The notes under the pieces: model-generated
The model's database searches: none
What the model was told of the DNA's origin: nothing
Seen by the model: only the letters and a program-made list of their open reading frames with translations
Source of the DNA: Candidatus Hodarchaeota archaeon
GTDB taxonomy: Archaea > Asgardarchaeota > Heimdallarchaeia > Hodarchaeales > Hodarchaeaceae
Direction: 5' to 3'
Assembly: GCA_016840035.1 (NCBI GenBank)
Contig: JAEOTC010000030.1
Coordinates: 1 to 64,000, forward strand
Length of the DNA: 64,000 nucleotides
Part shown: positions 29,004 to 38,506 of the stretch, piece after piece
Position numbering within the stretch: the stretch's first letter is position 1
How the letters are laid out: each line of letters starts with the position of its first letter
Position numbers and translations under genes: made by a program

Positions 29004-30689
29004 TTGAGAGAAACATTTGTAAAAACTTCAAGAGGACTTCTCACATTAACAGCGGTTGGCATTTTCAGCATTGTACTTGGTTTTCTCTATTATTCTGGCG
29101 TGGCTTCGGCAGATAGGTTACTATTAGGACTAGATTACAAAATCCTGTTTGCTTTCGGCTTTTACCTTACAGTTATGACTTTACTACCTTCTTTGTCAGT
29201 GATGGATGCCAGAGGGAAAACAAATGTAAAGAAGATATATCCTCATTTAATACTCTTTTTCTGTATCAGTATTTTAGTCATTATTTATTCATTATTAGTT
29301 TACGGAGAATTTATCACTTCAGTTGACACAGAGATAACTACCTGGTTTGATTTCTTTTCAATTGCTGGCATTATCTATTGTATAAGTTTATTACCATTAC
29401 TGTTTGGTGTTCGTGATCGTGATCGATTGTGGAATCTCAAACTTGTTTACTTACTCCTAATTATTGTTGGATTGGTTTTAGAGATACTCTCTATGCTAGT
29501 TTATGGCCATTATATTGACGAAATTCTTGAAGGACTCCCACTAATAGGAGGTACATCTTGGGATGTCTTATTCTTTGGTGGAGGGCTTTTTCTAATCCTT
29601 GGAATTTTTCCGTTACTGTTTTCTGCTAGCCATGGCTTTCGAAATTTTCTTGATAGCACTCGGATACTTTGGTTAATCGGAGTTATCAGTGGACTAGTAT
29701 TGGTATTCATATCGTTCTTAATTAGTATTGAGGTTCTTGAATCCAATTTCCTTCTGGATACTGAATGGCAGGTAATTTATTCTTTCAGTGGTTTATTGCT
29801 ATTTTCAACAGCAGCTTTTCTCTCAAGTTCAAGAAAATTTAGTGGTATTTTAGGAAAATTAAAGATTCTATGGTTTTTAACACTGCTTATCGGCGTTCTT
29901 ATGGTGATAATTTCTTTCTTCCTTCTGGTAGCGTCTTCTTCTGAAATACAAGATCTGTTAGGCATAACAAGTCAAATATATACATTTATGGGTTATTCTT
30001 GGGATATAATGTTTATGTTTGGAGGTGTATTTTCCTTCCTCTCCATGATTTTCATTACTTCAATTTTATATTTTGAGACTGAAGAGGTTAGTGGAGATTT
30101 TCAGACTTCAGATGTTTCTACCGACTCTTTCCTTGATTTGAAGACCACTCCAACAGAAATGGTTACTTATCTTGAAATCTTGAGTAATAATGAGAGTAAT
30201 CTGATTAATCAATTCAAAGAAGCTGTTCGGGATGATAAATTCCGTCCACGTGTTTACGAATCTCTTGTGAAACATTACGAAGGACGTATTAAATCTTATA
30301 AAACAAAGATTGGCAGTCTTAGAAAAGCTAAACCCGGGACTGCAGAAGCTGACAAGGTTGGTGCACTTTTCGACTCCGTACTTGGTGAATCTCCTTCAGC
30401 AAAGCCAGCAACGAAACCTCCTGTAATAGAATCGAAACCCGTCGGTCTCCCATCATCACCACCACCCCCCCCCTCTACACCACCTGTTGCCCCTCCTACG
30501 ATACCAACAGCAGCTCCCGTTCCCCCAACTTCAGCTCCAGCGATACCTGAACCTGCAATGCCAACTGGACAACCGAGTGATTCTCCCTTAGATTTAATTG
30601 CTGATGCAAGATCAACGAGTATTGCAGAATTACGAGGAGAAATGCTTAAAGAACTTCGTCGGTTAAGAGAAATATTCAAAGAGGAATAA
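29004..30689 (+). CDS. Polytopic membrane protein with repeated TM hairpins, polyproline region and C-terminal amphipathic helix
   Basis: About 10 TM segments in aa 1-355; helical domain; PSSPPPPPSTPPVAPP; tail SIAELRGEMLKELRRLREIFKEE. Confidence 0.8.
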   Translation: MRETFVKTSRGLLTLTAVGIFSIVLGFLYYSGVASADRLLLGLDYKILFAFGFYLTVMTLLPSLSVMDARGKTNVKKIYPHLILFFCISILVIIYSLLVYGEFITSVDTEITTWFDFFSIAGIIYCISLLPLLFGVRDRDRLWNLKLVYLLLIIVGLVLEILSMLVYGHYIDEILEGLPLIGGTSWDVLFFGGGLFLILGIFPLLFSASHGFRNFLDSTRILWLIGVISGLVLVFISFLISIEVLESNFLLDTEWQVIYSFSGLLLFSTAAFLSSSRKFSGILGKLKILWFLTLLIGVLMVIISFFLLVASSSEIQDLLGITSQIYTFMGYSWDIMFMFGGVFSFLSMIFITSILYFETEEVSGDFQTSDVSTDSFLDLKTTPTEMVTYLEILSNNESNLINQFKEAVRDDKFRPRVYESLVKHYEGRIKSYKTKIGSLRKAKPGTAEADKVGALFDSVLGESPSAKPATKPPVIESKPVGLPSSPPPPPSTPPVAPPTIPTAAPVPPTSAPAIPEPAMPTGQPSDSPLDLIADARSTSIAELRGEMLKELRRLREIFKEE

Positions 30690-30740
30690 AGAGTAATACT
30701 TGGGTAGGAAGGGAGATCTAAAGATTTTTCATTTTCTTTT

Positions 30741-32612
30741 CTATTGCCATAGAATAGCTAAATTATCATCTTGGAATGCTCGTTGAAAGATTTTAGCACT
30801 TTCACTATTAGTTCCTAACTTAATTTTTCCAGATTTTGATGTGGTTGCGGTGAAAAACTCGACTGGGAAGGAATCTTGAGACTCCTGGTAGAAAAAGCTG
30901 ATATCTTTATTTTTTAATCGTTTAGGAAAATTGATTGTAATCGTCCGTTTTTGAAAAGCAATATTTTGTCGTTTAAGATGGCTCAATCTTGAATTGCTAA
31001 GTTTGGTAGGAGATTTATTTACATCAAGTTTGATTCTCAAAATTCTCTCAAGCATCTTTATAGTTGTCCCTTTCTGGCCAATAATAAGAGGTATATCTTC
31101 TTCATGGGCATGTATTACAAATCGATGCCCAAACTTATCTTTGGGAACAATTTCAACTGATTGGGTTGTGTATTGTTCAACTACCTCCTTTATCTCGGAA
31201 ATCTGTTCGTAATTTACTTTTTTCGTGCTTTTATGTGATTCTTCTAATGGAATCACTACGGTTTGTTCCCCAAATGTGTACATCTCATAAACAATGTTGT
31301 CAGTCAAAAAATCACGCACTTCAACAACTGGTCGTGCAAGATCACTTTCAACTAACCCTGATGGAACCTTCACAGTCATCTTGACTTCGAGAATTGTTTG
31401 TATTTGGCCAGAATCAATATATAATATTGTATCAAGGACACTAGGAATTACTCCTAATTCAAGTTTGCCGATGAATCTTTGTATGGCATCTATAGCGGTA
31501 CTCGAATGAATAACTCCAATTAGACCAATTCCAGCTAAACGCAGATCTGTGTATAGTCGAAAGTCATCGTGATCTCTGATTTCATCAAATATAGTATAAT
31601 CGGGTCTTGATAATAAGAGAATATCGTGAATTTCTGAATGCGTACCAAAATTCTTCGAATATTGTGTAATCTCTGCCTTTAAATCAAGATCTCTGGGGGA
31701 TTCAATTGTTTTGATGATTTTGCCCTTTTCATAATAGAATAGTGCTAATGCTCTTGTAAAGGTAGTTTTTCCTGCACCAGGACTCCCTGCGACCAAGATC
31801 CCCTCAGCTTTTTCTTCAAGGCGCTGTATTAAACGTGATTCTAGTTCATATTCCTCTAATGCCATCCTTTTCAATGGACGAACCGCAGTAATTTCCCACC
31901 CATCTGAAAACGGAGGACGGATTATCACAATGCGTCTATCCTCAAACTGAACAATTGTCGAATTTTCTCTGGCTATTTCGATAAATGTATCAGGAAAGAA
32001 ATTCGCTTTTTCGATGATATCCTCAGCAAACTCAACTATCGTACTTTTGGAAATAATTTCAGAAGAAAATTGTGTAAATCGAATACTACCCGGTTTTCCT
32101 TTTTTTACGAACACATTTGTACCTTGTTTGATGTGAATGCTCATTGTTTCATTATCAAAAAATTTATCAATTTTCAATTGTTTATCAAGTTGTTTTATCA
32201 GTCTTGGTTCGACATATATGGTTTCTACTCCCATTGATTGAGCACTCATATCTTGAATCTTATCCGAAGTAACAAGAATGCCTCCTTCTTTCCATGCTAA
32301 TTCACGAATTAATGCATCGATCTCTCCCAGTTCAAATTGGCGTGGTTTTCTTCCTGCTACAGAAAATATAACATCGTTTTCTTCACAGATGGATTTTATT
32401 AGTTTAAGCTCTTGGAAACCTTCAGTTCCCTTTTTTTTTTCTTGGTTTGCCTGATTTTCGAGCTCTAAAATAAGTGCAAGATGGATAATCACAGATGATC
32501 CTGGAAGAATTTGATCATTTTCAATTAAATTCCTTAATCCTCCATTAATGACCGTAGAAGTGTCTGGAATGTAGCGATTCTGTTCTGAATCGATATTATA
32601 TCTTCCTACCAT
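30741..32612 (-). CDS. PIN-domain P-loop ATPase with KH domain (PINA family)
   Basis: PIN motif IPDTS...ELENQAN; GSPGAGKTT; RPDYTIFDEIR; KH IIGQKG. Confidence 0.9.
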   Translation of the reverse strand: MVGRYNIDSEQNRYIPDTSTVINGGLRNLIENDQILPGSSVIIHLALILELENQANQEKKKGTEGFQELKLIKSICEENDVIFSVAGRKPRQFELGEIDALIRELAWKEGGILVTSDKIQDMSAQSMGVETIYVEPRLIKQLDKQLKIDKFFDNETMSIHIKQGTNVFVKKGKPGSIRFTQFSSEIISKSTIVEFAEDIIEKANFFPDTFIEIARENSTIVQFEDRRIVIIRPPFSDGWEITAVRPLKRMALEEYELESRLIQRLEEKAEGILVAGSPGAGKTTFTRALALFYYEKGKIIKTIESPRDLDLKAEITQYSKNFGTHSEIHDILLLSRPDYTIFDEIRDHDDFRLYTDLRLAGIGLIGVIHSSTAIDAIQRFIGKLELGVIPSVLDTILYIDSGQIQTILEVKMTVKVPSGLVESDLARPVVEVRDFLTDNIVYEMYTFGEQTVVIPLEESHKSTKKVNYEQISEIKEVVEQYTTQSVEIVPKDKFGHRFVIHAHEEDIPLIIGQKGTTIKMLERILRIKLDVNKSPTKLSNSRLSHLKRQNIAFQKRTITINFPKRLKNKDISFFYQESQDSFPVEFFTATTSKSGKIKLGTNSESAKIFQRAFQDDNLAILWQ

Positions 32613-33244
32613 CAGATTTCCTCCTCCTCAATGTTATTAGACGGAGAAAACTCATCTTTAAATTCATATTCTAGGTTATTATACTCTAGCTCTAATTGAG
32701 AAGCTTGGTAGTATGTGACATCTCCCAACCTATCAATAACAGATAAAAGTAACTTTTTTCTATCAATCTTTGCCTGTTTTACAATTTGATCAAGCAAATC
32801 GAGATCAACGTCCTCACCTTCAGGAAGCGGATAAATCACGGTTTTACTTACAGATTCTCCAGGTTTACCCCCTCTTGAGTATATTCTGAACGGAGCAGTT
32901 ATTCGAGTGCCAATACTTACCACATATCCTCGATTGCGTAAATCTTTGTAAACTAAATATCGACTCCAAAATTTAGGGTTGAGTTTTGTGAAATGAACCA
33001 CTAGTTCATCTGTGGAAAGAGTTTCTCCCGTTTTTTCTGTTTCTAATACAATCCTCCCTCTATCTAAAAGTAATAATATTTCCTCAGGTTCTAAATATAA
33101 TGTCTCCTCTGAACTCCAACGGCCAAAATACCCATTTTCAAAAATTTCAGTAGCTAGTGGTTTGTTTAATTGTAGCTGAGACATGGACAGACTAAAAGGT
33201 ATAGATGGTGGAGATTCATCTTTGGATGATGGTTCTATTGTCAT
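32612..33244 (-). CDS. endA: tRNA-intron endonuclease subunit (possibly non-catalytic)
   Basis: YLVYKDLRNRGYVV, FRIYSRG, RKKLLL, GDVTYY; no His at the expected catalytic position. Confidence 0.85.
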   Translation of the reverse strand: MTIEPSSKDESPPSIPFSLSMSQLQLNKPLATEIFENGYFGRWSSEETLYLEPEEILLLLDRGRIVLETEKTGETLSTDELVVHFTKLNPKFWSRYLVYKDLRNRGYVVSIGTRITAPFRIYSRGGKPGESVSKTVIYPLPEGEDVDLDLLDQIVKQAKIDRKKLLLSVIDRLGDVTYYQASQLELEYNNLEYEFKDEFSPSNNIEEEEI

Positions 33245-33687
33245 TTCTCTTAATTCCAGTGATTGATTTGGGTGACATCGTGAGAAATGTGAAATCAGAT
33301 AATTTTTCTGTTCCGTTACTAATTTCTCCTCATTTAAGACAATGTAAAGATCATTTTTTAAAATAAATACAATATTAGGTCAAACGATCCTTGACTCTTA
33401 AATGAATGAATAGTGTGATTTTTATCAGAAATAACGACCCTCTAATTTCTATCAATAATATTGTATTCTAATCAGCTGTCTCTCTGTAATTCTTGACTTT
33501 ATATCTCCGAATAGATTTTTCCTCCTTAAAATCATGGAAGAAAAACAAAGAATACCAATAGAGAAAAACAAAAACAAAAAAACCCCAAAGAAAAAGCAAG
33601 AGATAGACGTGTATTAGATTCTACAAAGATATACGGTTCTCAATTGAAGAAATTTTCAAATTATAAAGAGATAGGAGAGCGTAAACG

Positions 33688-34686
33688 TTGGGTCACAGAA
33701 AAAAACATGCACCACATCGAGGATCTCTAGGATATCGAAGAAAGAAAACAAGACGTCATACTTCTCGAATAAGAACTTGGTCTTCATCTACTGAGTCAAG
33801 GTTACTTGGTTTTGCTGGTTATAAGGCTGGAATGACGCATATTGCTTTGATCAATACTGATCGTAGATCCCCCTATTACAAACAAGAACAATTTGTACCA
33901 GTAACTGTAATTGAAACACCTCCTATTGTCATATTTAGCATTAGAACATATATTAAAGATCCAGTGACAAACCAGATCAAAGTTCGTAGCCAAATTTGGG
34001 GTGAGAAAGTTGAAAAAGACCTTGGTTTACGATTACAAGTCCCTAAGAGCAAGCAGAAATTAAAACAAGCTCTTGCATTGGAGAAGGAGACCCTTAATAA
34101 GGTTGTTGAAGTAAGAGTATTAGCTCATACTCATCCAAGAGAAGCTGGACTTTCACAGAAAAAACCCGATATCATTGAAATTAAGGTCGGGGGTAAGGTT
34201 TCAGAAGCATTTGATTATGCTGTCGAAATATTGGATAAAAAAATATCTTTAGATGACGTTTACAAAGCTAGTGATTTTGTAGATGTAAATGCAGTAACTA
34301 AAGGAAAAGGATTTGCTGGGCCTGTCAAGAGACATGGAATTAAAATATTACCTAGAAAAACTCGTAAAGGAAGACGAGTTGTTGGATGTATAGGTCCTTG
34401 GCATCCAGCCAGAGTTATGTGGACTGTACCTAGGGCTGGGCAGCTAGGAAATTTCAACAGAACCGAGTACAACAAGCAGATATTAAAGATTGGAGAGGAT
34501 GGAGAAGAAGTCACGCCTTCTAATGGGTTTAAACGATATGGTAGAGTTTCTCGACATTGTCTAATCCGTGGAAGCGTTCCCGGTTCAACAAAAAGATTAA
34601 TCCGATTACGGGACCCAATTAGACCAAAACCTGTTGATATCGAGGATTTACAAATAACATATATCAGCACTGCTGCGAAGAATTAG
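33688..34686 (+). CDS. rpl3: Ribosomal protein uL3
   Basis: APHRGSLG, GYKAGMTH, TKGKGFAGPVKR, GCIGPWHP. Confidence 0.97.
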   Translation: MGHRKKHAPHRGSLGYRRKKTRRHTSRIRTWSSSTESRLLGFAGYKAGMTHIALINTDRRSPYYKQEQFVPVTVIETPPIVIFSIRTYIKDPVTNQIKVRSQIWGEKVEKDLGLRLQVPKSKQKLKQALALEKETLNKVVEVRVLAHTHPREAGLSQKKPDIIEIKVGGKVSEAFDYAVEILDKKISLDDVYKASDFVDVNAVTKGKGFAGPVKRHGIKILPRKTRKGRRVVGCIGPWHPARVMWTVPRAGQLGNFNRTEYNKQILKIGEDGEEVTPSNGFKRYGRVSRHCLIRGSVPGSTKRLIRLRDPIRPKPVDIEDLQITYISTAAKN

Positions 34687-34699
34687 CAAGTTTGAAGAG

Positions 34700-35506
34700 A
34701 TGTGGAAAGAAATGAAATCTACAAAGGTACCAGTTTTCGATACTGAAGGAAAAGAAGTTGAAAAAATACAGATTGCAGAAATATTTCAAACTCCTTTTCG
34801 GCCAGATTTAATAAAAAGAGCGGTTCTCGCTAGTCGTCGTAACAGACAGATTCCCTATGGAGTCGATCCAAGAGCAGGAAAGCGAACATCTGCAGAAAGC
34901 TGGGGAACTGGTCGTGGTGCAGCCAGAGTACCACGTGTAAAAGGATCCAGAACTCATTCGGCAAGTCGCGCGGCGTTAATCCCATTTGCAGTCGGTGGTC
35001 GAAGAACTCATCCACCAGAAGCTGATCAGAATTTCACTGAAAAGATTAATAAAAAAGAAAGGCTCATAGCTAGAAGCTCGGCAATTGCAGCTACATCCGA
35101 TCCAGTGCTGGTGGAATCACGAGGACACATAATTGAAGAAGTTAATTTCTTACCTTTAGTTGTATCTGATGACCTTGAATCTTTGAAGAAAACTAAAGAA
35201 GTTCACTTAGCATTTAAAAATTTAGGATTATCTTATGATTTGGCCAAAGCAAAACGTAGAAATTCTCATGTGCGTGCAGGAAAAGGTAAACGACGAGGAA
35301 GAAAATATAAAACTGGAAAATCCGTTTTACTTGTAGTAGCTAATGATATGGGGATACTTAAAGCTGCTAAAAACATTTCTGGTGTTGATGTTGTATTTAT
35401 CGATCAATTAAATACTGAACATCTTGCTCCAGGGACACACGCTGGACGCTTAACAATATGGACCAAATCTGCAATTAATTATCTTAAAGAATTAGAAAAG
35501 AATTAA
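34700..35506 (+). CDS. rpl4: Ribosomal protein uL4
   Basis: SAESWGTGRG, RAGKGKRRGR, LAPG. Confidence 0.97.
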   Translation: MWKEMKSTKVPVFDTEGKEVEKIQIAEIFQTPFRPDLIKRAVLASRRNRQIPYGVDPRAGKRTSAESWGTGRGAARVPRVKGSRTHSASRAALIPFAVGGRRTHPPEADQNFTEKINKKERLIARSSAIAATSDPVLVESRGHIIEEVNFLPLVVSDDLESLKKTKEVHLAFKNLGLSYDLAKAKRRNSHVRAGKGKRRGRKYKTGKSVLLVVANDMGILKAAKNISGVDVVFIDQLNTEHLAPGTHAGRLTIWTKSAINYLKELEKN

Positions 35507-35540
35507 ATCTAAGAAATTGAAATACCTAGGTTGGAGTTAA

Positions 35541-35816
35541 ATGAAATTCGACCATCCTCAAGACATAATTAAATACCCTCTAATCACAGAATCGGCGTTC
35601 AACAAGATGGACGACATAAATGAAAATGCCTTAGTTTTCATTGTCGATCGTCACGCTACAAAACACCAGATCAAACAGGCTTTCGAGTCACTATACAAAG
35701 TCAGTGTGGTGAAAGTAAACACACTTATCACTCCACAAGGTAAAAAGAAGGCCTTTATCAAGCTTGTTCCTGAAAATAGTGCTTTAGATCTAGCAACAGA
35801 AGTAGGAATAATATAA
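35541..35816 (+). CDS. rpl23: Ribosomal protein uL23
   Basis: PLITE, LVFIVD, KVNTLITPQGKKKAF. Confidence 0.96.
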   Translation: MKFDHPQDIIKYPLITESAFNKMDDINENALVFIVDRHATKHQIKQAFESLYKVSVVKVNTLITPQGKKKAFIKLVPENSALDLATEVGII

Positions 35817-35829
35817 AAAGGTGATTTAA

Positions 35830-36576
35830 ATGGGAAAAAGAATTTTAGTACAAAGGCGAGGACGTGGATCCCCAGTTTTCCGTGCATTATCGCATCGAAG
35901 AAGAGGAAAAGCACGTTATCTACCTATTAAAGAACCAGAACTCACAGGTAAAATCGGATTTACGATAATCGATTTCATTCATGAAATGGGTCGTGGACTT
36001 CCCTTAATGCTTGTACGGTATGATGATGGGGATGAGTGTCTTTTACCTGCTCCTGAAGGAGTTCATGTAGGTCAAAAATGCGAACAAGGAGAATCAGCAG
36101 AATTAGAGGTTGGAAATGTTGTCCCAGTACACAAAATCCCTGAAGGAGTTTGGATCTGTAACATTGAGATGCGACCCGGAGATGGTGGAGCACTTTGTCG
36201 CGCATCAGGGACACATGGTCAAGTTCGTGGTCAATCTAAATCTGGACCTTCAATTCAACTCCCCTCAAAATATACGCGACAAGTTCACAAAAATTCCCGA
36301 GCGATGGTTGGTGTAATTTCTGCTGGTGGTCGCCCTGATCGTCCGTTTCTGAAAGCCGGATTAAAAAGAGCATTTATGAGAGCAAAAGGTCATAAGGCAT
36401 TCCCTGTCGTCCGAGGCGTCGCAATGAATATTGTATCACACCCATTTGGTGGTGGGGCACATCAGGGGCCAGGACAACCTACTACAGTTTCGCGAAATGC
36501 TCCTCCAGGTCGAAAAGTAGGCTTGATTGCTGCACGAAGAACTGGTCCGAAAAGAGGACGAATAAGAAGAGAATGA
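35830..36576 (+). CDS. rpl2: Ribosomal protein uL2
   Basis: MGKRILVQRRGRG, VRGVAMN, HPFGGG, GRKVGLIAARRTG. Confidence 0.97.
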   Translation: MGKRILVQRRGRGSPVFRALSHRRRGKARYLPIKEPELTGKIGFTIIDFIHEMGRGLPLMLVRYDDGDECLLPAPEGVHVGQKCEQGESAELEVGNVVPVHKIPEGVWICNIEMRPGDGGALCRASGTHGQVRGQSKSGPSIQLPSKYTRQVHKNSRAMVGVISAGGRPDRPFLKAGLKRAFMRAKGHKAFPVVRGVAMNIVSHPFGGGAHQGPGQPTTVSRNAPPGRKVGLIAARRTGPKRGRIRRE

Positions 36577-36584
36577 GGGTAAAA

Positions 36585-37229
36585 TTACCCAGATATTTTC
36601 TTTTTCACTTTTTTTAACCTTACGAAAGATTCTCTCTCACGTTCGGCTAAAGTTAGGCGTATCCACTTTACAGTTGCTACAATTCTTGGAATGATTATGT
36701 AGTTTAATGCATTAACTCGTCTTTTTGTCTCAATTATCTCTTTAGATAATCGAGAAATAGCAGACTGGACTTCTGCTAACTGAATAATTGCTTGTAAGCA
36801 TTCTTTAAATAAAAATAGATTTTTATCAAATTTGGCTGTTGTTCGTTTCAATGAATATGAAATATTCTTTTGATTATCTTCCTCCGTATCAATTAGATTA
36901 AACATTGGAACTGAAATACCCATTAGACTTCGTTTTTTACTTTCTAGTTGATATGCCTGTTTGAAGTTAGATACAACTCCTCTTAATTCTGTAATACCCA
37001 ATTGAAGCTCTAATTTCCTATATTCATCTTGGGCAAGTCTAGTTTTTTCCAGAGCTTTCTCTCGTTTTTCCTTGTAGGTATTCACAGAGGTAAGAAGTTC
37101 TCCAGTCAGCGCTTCAAGTTTTTCGCTAAGTAATTCATATCCTTTTGTAGCTAACTCCAATCGTTGATTGAGCTCCAATAGCTGCATACGAGTTGGGGTA
37201 ATTCCTGGAATAATCTCTTCCGTACTCAT
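36585..37229 (-). CDS. atpD: A/V-type ATP synthase subunit D
   Basis: PTRMQL, GYELLSEK, TKRRVNALNYIIIP, ERERESFVRLK. Confidence 0.93.
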   Translation of the reverse strand: MSTEEIIPGITPTRMQLLELNQRLELATKGYELLSEKLEALTGELLTSVNTYKEKREKALEKTRLAQDEYRKLELQLGITELRGVVSNFKQAYQLESKKRSLMGISVPMFNLIDTEEDNQKNISYSLKRTTAKFDKNLFLFKECLQAIIQLAEVQSAISRLSKEIIETKRRVNALNYIIIPRIVATVKWIRLTLAERERESFVRLKKVKKKISG

Positions 37230-37377
37230 CTTGGAACCTCTAAATTCATTTGGTTAATCTTTATAAACAGAATCAGTAAAAGTCTGTTATTTCTGACTTC
37301 TATTGGGTTTTAATGGGTTTATTTCTTACAAGCTTTGATTTTATTACTGATCTTTATCACTTTGCATATTTTATTAA

Positions 37378-37492
37378 TGCGGGGGGTGAGATTTGAACTC
37401 ACGAAAGTCTACACTAACAGATCTCTTCATCTATCTCTTGATGAGAACAAATCTTGAGTCTGTCCCCGTTGACCTGGCTAGGGAACCCCCGC
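37378..37492 (-). tRNA. tRNA-Leu(CAA) with 30-nt intron at 37/38 (37423-37452)
   Basis: Acceptor GCGGGGG/CCCCCGC; ACAGA-CTCAAG|intron|A-TCTGT; long variable arm. Confidence 0.92.
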
Positions 37493-37592
37493 TATCAGTA
37501 CCATATCATCTACATAATTTTTATGTGAGTATCAATCAAATAAGAAGGAAATTTAAAGATTTCGGGAATGAAAATCGCTGATTTCTTACCCT

Positions 37593-38465
37593 TCATATAT
37601 CCTCAAGTCGACTAAACGTAATCATCATTGCCTCTTCTAATCTCAATGATCGTGTACCATATTTTTCCAAAATATTTACACATGTATCAAAGATATCCGT
37701 TATTTTTTTTCCTTCAGCTTTCAGTAATTTGGGAATTCCACTATATGGCCCTCCAAATACAATTATCATATCTTTTTTCATATCTATCTTCTGATTTAAG
37801 GTAGAAAAGGGTTCACAGGTTCTGGAGGTTGCTATTTTGTATTCAGATCTGTTTGCTAATACTTTACTCAGTGTTTGCTGATAAGCATTTACAGAATAAC
37901 CCCAATATTCTTTTTTGGGAGGACTGGCTAAGACCTGTGCCTTGAATCTTCCATTAGCCTTGATTATCTGCACTGTGACACGGATAGTCTTATCTTTTAG
38001 TGATTTTTTCCATCCCACGACCTCAAGAAGTTCTTTTCCTCCTACATCAGCAACTACACGATTTTGATTTAGAAAAATCACGCCCTCTCGTATTTCATTT
38101 CGTTTTAAATCACGAGTTTTCATGTGATGAGGAATGGCAAGCGGGGATAATATTCCAACAGCTGCAGTATCTCGTGAGAGAGGAAAAAGTCGTTTTCGTA
38201 AGTACTGAGGGCATTCAATATATTTTAAGATTCTAGTAATGATTCTTCGCTCTCGATTTGCACGAGCAGGTTTTAATAGAGGATCATGATATATTATAAT
38301 GTTACTAATCTGAAATATGGCTGCTATCCTGCTTAATTGAAAGAGCTTTTCAGTTTTTGACCGTAGATCGCTGTTATCGCTTACAGCGGAATCAGGTATA
38401 GCTATGGAGCGATGTAGAGGCATAATTCTCATCAACCTTCTGGTGATGTAATAAAGTAATAACAA
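37593..38465 (-). CDS. SPOUT RNA methyltransferase (DUF171/SPOUT1 family); true start probably 38423
   Basis: SIAIPDS, YIECPQYLRKRLFP, YWGY, VFGGP, GTRSLRLEEA. Confidence 0.9.
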   Translation of the reverse strand: MLLLYYITRRLMRIMPLHRSIAIPDSAVSDNSDLRSKTEKLFQLSRIAAIFQISNIIIYHDPLLKPARANRERRIITRILKYIECPQYLRKRLFPLSRDTAAVGILSPLAIPHHMKTRDLKRNEIREGVIFLNQNRVVADVGGKELLEVVGWKKSLKDKTIRVTVQIIKANGRFKAQVLASPPKKEYWGYSVNAYQQTLSKVLANRSEYKIATSRTCEPFSTLNQKIDMKKDMIIVFGGPYSGIPKLLKAEGKKITDIFDTCVNILEKYGTRSLRLEEAMMITFSRLEDI

Positions 38466-38506
38466 TCAAATTAATTTGAATTTAGTCTAATTCTTCCTAT
38501 GACGTG

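Noticed and set aside
30741-32612. PIN domain as a toxin-antitoxin toxin
   Set aside because: Fused to ATPase and KH domains, which is the conserved archaeal PINA architecture.
33534-33617. 27-aa Lys-rich ORF upstream of rpl3 (MEEKQRIPIEKNKNKKTPKKKQEIDVY)
   Set aside because: Arises from an A-rich low-complexity tract with no recognisable family; cannot be supported without conservation data.
37393-37581. 62-aa ORF
   Set aside because: Antisense to tRNA-Leu(CAA).
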